Part shown: in pieces, positions 13,301 to 23,817 of the stretch
Numbering within the stretch: the first letter of the stretch is position 1
Layout of the letters: each line of letters starts with the position of its first letter
Assembly: GCA_040954595.2 (NCBI GenBank)
Contig: CM082593.2
Coordinates: forward strand, 124,001-188,000
DNA: 64,000 bases
Reading direction: 5' to 3'
Source of the DNA: Balanoglossus misakiensis
Taxonomy: Eukaryota > Animalia > Hemichordata
Position numbers and translations under genes: made by a program
Notes under the pieces: model-generated
The model's database searches: none
Seen by the model: only the letters and a program-made list of their open reading frames with translations
Told to the model about the DNA's origin: nothing

Positions 13301-16300
13301 AAACACCCCCAGCCATGGTATACCACTCGATTTTGACCAGTTCACGACATATACGCACGAGCGATAGCGAGTGCGTATATGGAGTTGAACTGGTCAAAAT
13401 CGAGTGGTATACCATGGCTGGGGTGTTTTATTGCTATTATATTATGCCAGTATATTGAAACTTTGCATAAAACATTTTTAAAAGGCATTTTCTTTGACTA
13501 TGATATATGACTGTGGTATATGGCTAATATATCACGGTCACGTGTCATGTCTCGACCAATCAAATAGCGTGATTTACACCATCAATATACTGGTATAATA
13601 TAATACATAAACAATACATAATATCAATAAGCCAGTTTCATTTTTATAGAATATAAAACATGTTAAATGAAAAGACTGAAACTTCACATATCAATATTTG
13701 TTTTCAAATGTCAAACTTACACATGCAATATTTTAATGATAAAAAATTAACACTATGAAAACTTGTATCAAAATTGTGTATTGAGGCCATGTATTGCAAT
13801 CAAGATAATAGTCAATTTCATCTTCTCTGAAGTAGCATGTGTGTCAATGAGAATTTATTGCATTACTACAGTCACATTAACTGTTTCAATCAATATCAAA
13901 GTAAAAATAGTGTGATCATCTTAAAATAGAAGGTAGTCACATAAATTTTCCATTAGAATTGCTGTTAGTATAAGTAACAGTGAAAATGACATGATATCTA
14001 AAATGAATTGTACATGCTACATATTAATCTTGCACGTCTAGCAAAAATAAATTAATGTAGGATCCATCTTTGAATTTTATAGTGAACAAAATATGTATAA
14101 CTCTCAGCAGGATAGAAATTTTCAAATTTAAAATGAATCAAGTGGGGATGTGAAAGGTATTTTTGCCTTGTGGTATTAGACAAAATTTCTATACAGTATG
14201 CCAGGTTACAGGCACTCTTCTGGGGCATTCTGGAGTTTTGTGATACTTAATGAGCAGACTCAAGGTCTTTGAGAGAGTGAGGCACGCACGGCTTGTAGAA
14301 ATGAGAACACATCAGATTTTGTGTTCTTTCTATGTACATGTACTGTAGCAGTCTGGATACATCATTTGGTTATAGGCTTTAATTATCCCCTTGATTGAAT
14401 CGTGAACAAGGCCCCAGATGTTGGTCAAACATTAAAGTTGTTTGGATATTTCACCTGATAGGCTCATTCATAATATGAATATGATATGAAGGTGTACATT
14501 CTGTCTATATAATCATATGTGCATGAAATCAGACTACATGTAGCAACATTCCTCTGGTACAGAAGGGAACAATTACAATCCATGCCATACATGTAATTTG
14601 TTCATTTCATGACATGTAAATTATTGTAAAATGTCACCTGGTTATAATCAATTGGTTTGAATTGAATTGAATAAAATATAATATAATATAAAAATGAACT
14701 GATTTGAATTGAAGAGAATATATGCGCAAAAATATCTTTACACTGAATGATTCATGTTGTCGACCACTGTTCAAAACAAGATGAACACATTTCTCATAGT
14801 TGACTTTTCAGTCACCCAATTTTTTGATACAGCTATTATAAGTAGTTAAATCAATTACGTCAAGGTAGTTTTGTGATTATATAACCACATGTATGGATAT
14901 CACAAGTTATTTGCTGAACAGTAGACTGTAATTAACTCACAAAATCTTCCCATTTTAATCTTAGTTGGGACAAAAATTATTAAAAATTTCATTGACACAT
15001 TTAAATATGTACTGCCTGTATGACAAACACAAAAATCAGTGCAGCTCAAGTGTTGCCATGGTAGCTGGCAGTTGTGAATTAATTAAATATCTGTGAAAGC
15101 AAAGACTGAACATTGATGATTAAAACATCTTACAGATAAAAAAATCATATTTTTCATGTTGTGCAACCTGAATCATTCAATGTAAAAATACAGCCACAAC
15201 AACGGTAATGCTACATTTTCATGGACTGGTTTATACAAGGCCATACAGTCATTATGTAAGAGAAATGTTTGCTTTAATTTTCTTTCAGTATTTTTTTATT
15301 TTTTCATTAATCCAAATTGGATGACTGGGAGTCAATTTCCATCCATACATGTACTAGATGTAGCTTATTTTACCAGAAGCAAAATTAATTTGCTCGATTG
15401 TTTGAAGTCAAGCTACAATTAAATATTTTAATACAGTCTGCTTGCACTTTAATCTGCATGACCACAGTCAAAGGTCAACCTACATGTATGATCAGGGTCG
15501 GTCAAGTCATGAGTACACTGTATGAGTACACTCCGCTCGTTGGATGTGCTTTTATAAGCAAAAATGAAAAGATATCTTACAAGTATCTTCTCTATTTAGG
15601 TCACATGCCTTCTGTGTACTCTTCCATAATTCATACCTTATACAGTAAATGTTAGCCTATGTTAATTTGATTGTTAGTTTGGGAAAACTCTTTTTTGAGT
15701 TAATAGATTTTACTCAATTCAATAATCCATTTCTCTCAACAAAAAGTATAAATTTTGTCTCATTTTGATTAACCACAATGGTTGTTGTGTTGTCGATTGG
15801 AGCTGTAGAAATCCCACTTAAAATAAAATATTAATTCAGCTTCATAGCAGGTGCTTATGAAAATGACACCATTATTAACCCAATTGTAAATAAGATTGCA
15901 CAAATTAAAAGCACATAAATCATTCATGTAAACGTAAGTTCACACTAATATATTCTCTGAATTTTTTATCAAATTGCATTTCACACAGAATATTGCCGAA
16001 TAAAAAAAATACACGATACAGAAATTTGTAGCTTGTGAATTGATTCTAGACAAAATGATCAAGTAACAATTTGTAAAAACATGTTGTTACTTTGCATCAA
16101 TTTGTACTATTAGACCATGAATGGACTGCATTGGGAAATTAAATAAATCCAAGCCTTTCCATGCTTCATTATACTTGTTCTAGCGTATATTACTCTGGTA
16201 AGATTAGGAACAGCTACACCATGATACATGTTGCTGTCTTGCTTTTAATTTTATTAGACAATCATTCATAGTCATTTACAATAAAATATATAAAATTGTG

Positions 16301-18981
16301 GATATAGTTTTGGCTCAAAATTACAAAAAGCAGACTGTGCTTACATCATTTTCAAAGCATGTTTGCTATCCAGACAAGCCATGCCTTTGAGTTAATCAGT
16401 AGTAGATCATAAAATGTAATTATCCTCAACATAAATTAGACTTTGAGGTAAAAAATACATTTGTATATTTGTTAGGTTTTTAAAAAATATTTTAAAGTCA
16501 TATTTTATGGTTGTGACTATCAAAGATGCAGGCAGTCAGATAACATATCTTATCTATTTCATGTTTCCTTTGTAACTTACATGGACATTCATAAAAAAGA
16601 AATGTTACCAAACATTGAAATGTACACACATGTCTCAGTATTAACATATTTGAGCCAAGTCACAATTTAGGTTGCAAATAGCTGTTAATACCCCCATTTA
16701 ATTTTCATCATAATGATTAATACAGCATGGGGTTTAGCACACTTGCCTATGGTCAAACTGATTTAATAATACATGTACCTAATTATTCAGTACTTTCATG
16801 TTGGAGTCAACAAGCCCATTCCGAAACCTGAAAATTCTTGATTTTTATTCAGTTTACCAATTAGCAAGATAATGTATTTTTTTTGGCAATAAACTATAAT
16901 GTATATCATTATCAGATTGACTTAATTTCATAACACCAAACAGATAAAATAAAAGAATAATTAAACTAAGGAAGATCATGTGGGCTTGTGGGAGTTTGAT
17001 ATTAATTGTCAGGAACGTCACATTGGCACAATGACAACCAAACAAATGTTTGACCCGCACACACATAAAATACCTGACTGAATTCAGAAATTTAAAATTA
17101 ACAACAGATAACTGTAACACGACAGGAACCAACAGAGGAATTTAAGATGGAAGCATTGGGCCAGGGGCTTATTACATTGTTATCTACAGTACAAAAATGA
17201 TATTCTAGAGCTGAACAATTTACATTTCCAAAGGTATCTCACTAGATGTGAATATTTTTTCTCTGCATACCATGGAAACGGCCCCTGCTATGATGTTCAC
17301 ATTGACTATTGGCATCAAATACTGTAATAATACTATGGCCACTATTGATAATTCACCAGTTTCCAAACAGACAACATACAATCATTAACATAATAAAAAA
17401 TTAACCATTGAGTCCTTTTCAAACTACATGTACAAGATAAATAATTATCATATTATGCATGATTCTTTATCATCTACATCACACTCTCATACACAGTAAA
17501 TAATATAATTACTAAAATTAGAAGAAATAGTAAAACTTTTAAAGGTTATCACAAAAATAGTATACTGAATATTTAAATTTCAAAAATCACACTTCTTTAA
17601 TGTTTAGTATTAAAATTGTACACCCTAATCAAAATGTACAGGATTGGTTGGCAGCCGGTTACACTTAACATTTCTAATTATTTTTTTATCATATGGATGG
17701 ATTTTGCTATATTTGACGTTGTTAAAATGTTCATTATTTACTTGCCAATAAAATATTTCACTCATTCTGTTTTCCCTGATACCAAACACTGACCTTGACC
17801 AAACCTACAGAAGCTGTTATCCATCTACATATTGTAAATACAATGAATGGTGGAGTCCTATTTTAAATGTTGTATGTGTACAAACTACATGACCATCCTT
17901 TTTGAAATATATCTTGTGAAAAGCCTTACATAACTAATTCAACAACAGCATTCTCTACCAGTAACCTTCCCAGTGTTAATCCCTGTCTATGCTAATTAAA
18001 AAAACCTGCTGTTATCATTTATTTACTGAGCGAATCCATTCTCGTCACCATGTACATGAATATACGAATACAGAATAATAACTGCACTATCTACATGTAC
18101 ATACACAGTTACACTTGTCTTTCTAATTTAAAGTGAAGTCAATCATTATGATAGACGATTTTTAGTGCAAACACAAGGACTGTACCAGAAACTGGTTAGA
18201 TACAAAAATATGACGTATTTTATATGATTTATTTTAGTGTTGAATATAATTATAAATTTGACATTTTCAAGTTAATTATAGCCCGTGGATGACAGCTATA
18301 TCCCAACCATATCTCTGGACGATTTCCGTATTATTTTTTTATCAAAAAAGGAGAGATATTCTCCCAATTACCATTAAAATATTCATTTAGATGCTAAGTA
18401 TACAAAAGGATCTGTGTAGGGTAAAACATCAATCGACTGGTGATCTATAATAGCAGCGTCGCGCGCAATATGGCAGCAAAAAGAGTTCAGAGAAAATACA
18501 CAGCTTGCATGCCTGGGAAATAAAATAAAAATTCTAATCAACTGTTTCACTGAAAACTAACAGTAGAACAAGCCAGGATATTACGAGCCGTTTGAAAATG
18601 TATAACACGTCAGAAATGTTACAAGGAATGTTGCAACTGTCTTACCAGGATCCTGCCACTGATGGTTTGTGCGGAAATCAGGCTGGCGGCCCAGTCCTTG
18701 ATAGATGTCATCCATCCTACTTCACTTTCTGAATTTTTGAAGATGGCACTAGAACTCCCGGTCCCTTTTGAGTTCCCCTGTAACGCACTAGGAGCTGCTT
18801 CAACCTTACTTCTTCGGAAGCACACGTATGTAAAGAGTCTGAACAACAAAATCAGCAATAGTCCACCGAAAAATGTTATCAAGCTTGAACTCAGAAAAAT
18901 ATACCATTTTCTTTCCAAACACTCGGGGTATCCACATTCTGTGGCTTGACACTCCGCTGGAGTGAGGTTGGCATATGACAT
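1331..18981 (-). CDS. KCNMA1: Calcium-activated large-conductance potassium channel alpha subunit (Slo1/BK), 5' part; gene continues past the left edge
   Basis: GT-AG exons with compatible phases: 18646-18981 (S0, [20 protein letters not shown]), 10659-10720, 9515-9608, 9121-9232, 8606-8757 (S4 [11 protein letters not shown]), 8177-8347 (pore TMSTVGYGD), 7798-7889 ([10 protein letters not shown]), 7397-7507 (DFLHKDRDD), 7062-7167, 6641-6793 ([27 protein letters not shown]), 6216-6371, 1863-1972 ([17 protein letters not shown]), 1331-1399 (CFTKLKLLL). All motifs are diagnostic of Slo1. RCK2 and the Ca2+ bowl are not in the window. Confidence 0.97.
3113..3371. mobile_element. Possible non-autonomous TTAA-flanked DNA transposon (Kolobok-like MITE)
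   Basis: Ends read TTAAAGG ... CCTTTAA (inverted termini with TTAA); interior slightly more CpG-rich than the surrounding intron. The termini are short, so this could be chance. Confidence 0.35.
4476..4862 (-). CDS. Candidate 387-nt in-frame cassette exon of Slo1 (129 aa, acidic/Ser-rich then basic)
   Basis: ttacag|TTT GAG GAA AGA GAT ... CTT GGA AAA|gtaagc; open for 129 codons in the same frame as ORF 4428-4784; phase 0-0 matches the host intron 1973-6215; composition is typical of a disordered protein segment. Confidence 0.68.
5428..5466 (-). CDS. Candidate 39-nt in-frame cassette microexon of Slo1 ([13 protein letters not shown])
   Basis: Minus strand reads ctaactgcttttctgtcccccatcatgaag|GCC GAA GAA GCT GAA CCA AGC AAT GGG AAA GGA AAA CAG|gtttgt: branch-point-like CTAAC, pyrimidine tract, phase 0-0, purine-rich body, no stop. 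Confidence 0.5.
8177..8347 (-). CDS. KCNMA1: Slo1 pore exon (turret, selectivity filter, S6 start)
   Basis: Translates as [57 protein letters not shown]; AG acceptor and GTAAG donor. Confidence 0.97.
9946..10020. mobile_element. Tiny TTAA-flanked MITE (piggyBac-like ends)
   Basis: TTAA-CCCTTTCACC ... GGTGAAAGGG-TTAA: perfect 10-bp terminal inverted repeat starting CCC with TTAA on both sides. Confidence 0.7.
13286..13604. mobile_element. Non-autonomous foldback element (long 5' hairpin plus second inverted repeat)
   Basis: Near-perfect hairpin 13294-13435 (agcaataaaacacccccagccatggtataccactcgattttgaccagttca and its reverse complement, loop cgagcgatagcgag); second inverted pair 13436-13458 / 13582-13604; gtcacgtg...ccaatca motif near the 3' end. 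Confidence 0.8.
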
Positions 18982-20243
18982 TTTGTCACAATTTGTAAAT
19001 TTTAACAGTCGACCGCCGTAGTCTTGTCTAGCCCTATCCTAGTCGCCCCATTTTACACACTTTTTGTCGTTCGTCCAGCCTTGGTCGGTCGGGCTTGCTT
19101 GGTTGTGTGTCCGTTGCTGATATCAACATGAATATTAATGTAGTAGTGTATGCTAATTAGATGATTGATGGCGACAGGTTCATTTGAGGTTGCGTTAGGG
19201 GATTTCTTGAAATGTGCGCTTCATATTAACTACCCGAAATTAACGCTATTAGCACGCATATCTTAGCATGATCTGTTTATGAAAAATGCAAAAGTCTTTG
19301 GTTATCATCTGTCCGTCGATCTGGTCGTTCAAATGGAAGAAAATACATCCGTAGAGGGCGCCTTGGATGATATGAGCCACATAAGGTCATTTGACATGAC
19401 CTGGTTGTGGTCATGAGAAGCTGCTGTCATGGTAACACAAGTTATGTTTTAGGGTGCTCATAAAATAACCAGATATGAACTGTCAACAATTTTCTACGGT
19501 ATAAACTTATTCATTTCCTGATATTCATTACAGTTGAACCTTCTAAAAATGTTCACAGTGAAAATTTCAGAGTTTTAGTTTTGCATAATGATCATCTTCA
19601 GTTTTGGGCAGTCTAGGATGTAATAGAAATCTGTATTTTCAAGCCGTGGATGATTGCCATAATTAGCCTTATAAATTCAGAGCTCCTACATCAAATTTGA
19701 TGAAAGTTGCTGGATAAATTGTTTTTACATGAAAGATGCCACTATTCAGTTCAACTGCAAAGTTACATTTCTAAAAATTATCACAGTTGATAAAACTTTC
19801 TACTACGTTTGCTTGCCAGAGTCTAACAGAAGTATAATATTCTCAGCTTTTATCATTGACAATAAACTTCAAATTGGTAATAAATATTTTTAAAATTGCC
19901 ATACAACTTACTGCACTGAATATCATTGACATAACAGAGATCTACCCGTACTATGTATTTAACCAATGACACAGGTTAGCTGCACATTTTCAATGATTTT
20001 TGAAAAACCGTAATTGCTATTTTTTGCCATTATTGCTATAAATGTGAATAAACAAGAAAACTATTAATATTTGATGTGGTTGATAGCGTCCCGACTGACG
20101 CAACTGTTTCAGGCTGTACGTAGTCTGCGGTACATATCGCCCTCTGGAGTGCATCTGAGGACAAAGGGTAACAGGTCATTAAACGTGCAACCAACCAGAA
20201 ATAAACAAGTTTCCCCAAACGTATTTCCGGGTTTACAGGTGCA
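18982..20243. promoter_or_regulatory. Divergent (head-to-head) promoter interval between Slo1 and PLA2G12
   Basis: Start codons 1.26 kb apart on opposite strands; CpG-richer patches next to each gene start; two CTCF-like motifs (19347-19362 plus, 20136-20151 minus). Transcription starts cannot be placed. Confidence 0.6.
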
Positions 20244-21988
20244 ATGACGAGGTCTGTTGTCGATTTCTTCCTCTTATTTCTCAGCATTTCATCAGTTTTT
20301 GGAGGCCAAAGTGGACCCGGGACCGATTACTTAAAGCAAGCTGCCGGGGGAATAATGGCCGGTCTTGAGAAGTTGGAAGGAATGCTCGATGCGTTTCAGA
20401 GCGTAACAACAAAGTGTGTTTACAAATGTCCAAACGGTAATTACTAGATGATCTAAGTTCGTTACCAGCCACTTTCATTATTTTTTTAACATGAAGTATT
20501 ATCTAAAGACAAGCAAGAAGGATTTGCGATGCATGCCAACCGAATGACAGAATTTCAAGTCCGTTTCCATGGAATCTGCGAAAGGGCTTGCAAGTTGCAG
20601 TCCTGACCTGTGTTACCCGGGAAAAACAGGTCCAATGGGCATGGATTCAATACATATTATATATTCATGAAAGCTATAGGTCAGGTGCACCCATCCACCA
20701 GAGTTTGCAGTGCAGGTTTTTTATCATTTCCATTAATTTCCCATAGAAATTAGTTAATTTTTTTTAAATGTACCGTAATATCGGTTAAGCGCCCCCTATC
20801 GGGCAAACGCCCGAAAGAATTTGTGACACATTATGTTGTTAGGTACGGTATGCCCACAACTCAATCTAGAAACACAACTGTTTTTGTTTTCTCCTAAAAA
20901 CACCTATTTCTAATTTCTCAGGAGCCATGCCCACCAGAAATCCTGATCACATTCCAAGCTACAATGGTTGTGGTGCTATGGGATTGGAAGTAAGTTACAC
21001 ATAATTGTGCGAACTGTTTCACTGAAATACTGGTATTTGCTGTATTTTTTCACTTTGTAGAAGAATAAAATCATTTTTGGATTTGACATATTCAACCCAG
21101 GAATCTTGAATAGTCTTTTTCCTTTAAATCTGCAACTTTATTTACACATTGTACAATAAGAATTTGATATGTACTGGAAGGCAATACTGGTACATTTGTC
21201 ACAGAGAAAATACACCCTTTATTGTTCAGAGTATTCATTTTCTGATTTTCTAGCTTGTTTCAGATGGCCTTCCAGAAATGACAAAATGTTGCAATAAACA
21301 TGATATCTGTTATGACACATGCGGTGCCAAAAGAAACAAATGTGATGATGATTTCAACAAATGTTTGCAAAAGATGTGTAAGAAATACAAAGACAAGAAA
21401 AATATGACAAAAAGACAAAATGAAGGTAAGTCTCATACTTTTGATATGGTTATCTTTCAAAAACCTTTTCTCTTCCACATTACTGGCCAGTGGGTATGGG
21501 GCCAAAGGCACTGCTGAATGTGGACTGATCTTAACTCCAATAAGTGAAATAATTCTTGCACGATTCGTGACAGATTTTGATTGAATTGTTATGTTTTTTT
21601 TAACAAAACAATCCGTGATAAACTTCAAAGATAAAAAAATTACAGAAACAATGTATAATATGGCCTAAAAATTACAGCATTTAGAAGAATAGGAATGTAT
21701 CATGGTAAGAACACAAAATTTCCATCATCAGAACATAAATCCATAATTAAAATTAATACTACCTGCAGAAAATGTATTTTTCAAAAATGGTTAATGCTAT
21801 AATATGTGCAAATGTAAAATTGAAGCTGAATGTGTTCTATGTTTATTAACATATTTTTCTTCTCAATTTTCACAGGATGTAAAAATATAGCAGACTTGAT
21901 GTCAGCTGGTACAATGGGTCTTGGCTGTAAGGCCTACCTTGATGCACAAGAACAAGCATGTATTTGTAGAAAGAAAGATGAATTTTGA
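20244..21988 (+). CDS. PLA2G12A: Group XII secretory phospholipase A2 (XIIA-like, catalytic His-Asp intact)
   Basis: Four exons 20244-20436, 20922-20989, 21254-21425, 21876-21988 join in frame: signal peptide, CVYKCPNG, NGCG Ca2+ loop, MTKCCNKHDICYDTCG active site, GLGCKAYLDAQEQACIC, ends KKDEF-stop. It is a co-ortholog candidate of vertebrate XIIA/XIIB. Confidence 0.93.
20771..20850. mobile_element. Possible degenerate Tc1/mariner-pogo type MITE in PLA2G12 intron 1
   Basis: TACCGTA ... TACGGTA inverted ends (TA plus CCGTA) around a short CpG-rich hairpin-like core. Confidence 0.35.
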
Positions 21989-22513
21989 CAAATATTTAAC
22001 ATTATTACAATAATTTCAATTTCAGTACATTCATTGTTACATTCTCCCATGCAATCCTCTTGCCTTACCTGACTGATACAAAAACTATCAGAAGTTGCAG
22101 TTGCCATCCATTGGAGACCCCACTTTTTCCCTGAAATGTGATCATACTGACATTAAATGGCAAGAAAATGATTAAACTTTGTGAATTGTACATTTTGAAA
22201 GTAAAAGGAGTTTGTTTTCAATGTTCTGTCCCTGCGTTAATGGCATACTTTGAAGTTGATACCGACAGCAATTAATGGGCAGAACTATGGTTTTAGAACC
22301 AAAATTCAACTTGTGCATGTACATGTACATGCATAAATGACAACCATTCTGGTGGTAAACATGTTGCTATTAAAACAAGGCTGATCTTTCTTTATTTTTT
22401 TGTCAAGTGATATTTCAACTGAGGCTTACCAGCCTGTTTTGCCACCATTGTGCTGAAGAGATAATTTTGACAGACTTATTGATATTTCTCACGATGTGAC
22501 ATTGTAATCTTTC

Positions 22514-22519
22514 AATAAA
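22514..22519 (+). terminator. Candidate polyadenylation signal of PLA2G12
   Basis: AATAAA about 525 nt after the stop codon, followed by T-rich sequence. Confidence 0.45.
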
Positions 22520-23160
22520 GAATACTTCTGAAAAGAATAAGACTTTGTCTAGAATTACTTTTATGTCCAACTGAATTGTGGTCTGCTGGACCCTTATGGA
22601 TTGGATTTAGAGCTAAAACTTTCTTGTACTTCTGAACATCTCAATGGTAAACAACACTGCAACCCCCTAAATAAATACTGCGTACTTCAATGGATAGATA
22701 TATGCTTTGATTATTTAAAAAATATGATCAGCATTGATTAGCATTCCTTTAATGACATCTCTCTCATTATGTAATTTTGTATACAATGCCTTTAAACTTA
22801 GAGAATCTGTCTTTAAAATATCTTGAATCATCATTGATAATAATCTATCTACAAGTCTGAACCTTTGTAATCTGAATACATACCTGGTATTTCCACACAT
22901 TTGCTGCTTGTTGTCTTTTGTATCATTTGATTGTATATTATTTATATTTTATTTCATTTCTCTGTATGATTATCCGATTATGCCCCCTTGCTTAAGGGCT
23001 GGCGGCCTTGAAAAGCAATAAATGTGCACTGTTGCGGGTGCACCTGAATTTTAAACACATCTTAATGACATCAAAGTTAATGTGATCAATCACTGTTGCG
23101 CTGGACACAAAAACATGCAAGTATATCATATTTCGTGTAGATGGGAATTCCTTTTGGACA

Positions 23161-23817
23161 CTAAAACCAGGTATAAGCGGTTTTTGCTTCATGCTCATAC
23201 ATAGTTGGCGTCTCATCAAAAGTGACTACTTTCTTTTCTCTTGCATCATCTTCATTGACTTCAACATCATCTGCTGTTGCTAAGTTTGGGTTGATATGAT
23301 CATCAATTTGACCACCAAATGATTTCTTTCCCTCTTTTGATCGTAACTTTGGGCTATTCTCAGTTAATATCTTAGCTTTTACTGAATGGTCAACACTGGC
23401 TACTGGGCTTGTATGCACCATTTCTTGGCCACCATGATGACTATGTGAAGATATGATCCCATCACCTGCCTTTGGCTGATATTCTACCTTTCCTGCTTTG
23501 TTTCTTCCAAGTTCAAGGACAACCACATCAAAACTGCTTGGTGGTAAAGATGCCTTTTGTGACTCTACTGGTTTCATTGGAATGGACTCCACCTTCTTCA
23601 GATTTCTGCTGACATCATTTTCACCACTGTCGCCATCATAAGTTGGATTGCCATTTGTGACAGACACGCTGATGGAACCTGCATCCACTGCAAATGGATC
23701 AAAGGCTGGGTTGTCTATGGCGAATGGTTCAACACTCTGCAAAGCCTCAAATCTGTCTGCATATGACCAATCATCACCCAGATCAGATGTGTCTTGGAAT
23801 AAATTCATGGACAGTTC
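23161..23817 (-). CDS. Cadherin terminal exon (disordered cytoplasmic tail ending TAYTWF-stop)
   Basis: ttttag|GAA CTG TCC ATG is in frame with ORF 23161-23808 and follows the phase-0 donor of exon 24059-24164 (IIYEEQ|ELSMNLF). Confidence 0.85.
   Translation of the reverse strand, partial: ELSMNLFQDTSDLGDDWSYADRFEALQSVEPFAIDNPAFDPFAVDAGSISVSVTNGNPTYDGDSGENDVSRNLKKVESIPMKPVESQKASLPPSSFDVVVLELGRNKAGKVEYQPKAGDGIISSHSHHGGQEMVHTSPVASVDHSVKAKILTENSPKLRSKEGKKSFGGQIDDHINPNLATADDVEVNEDDAREKKVVTFDETPTMYEHEAKTAYTWF

Noticed and set aside
21989-23160. Overlapping 3' UTRs of PLA2G12 and the cadherin
   Set aside because: Each has its own candidate AATAAA (22514 plus, 22948 minus) that needs no overlap.
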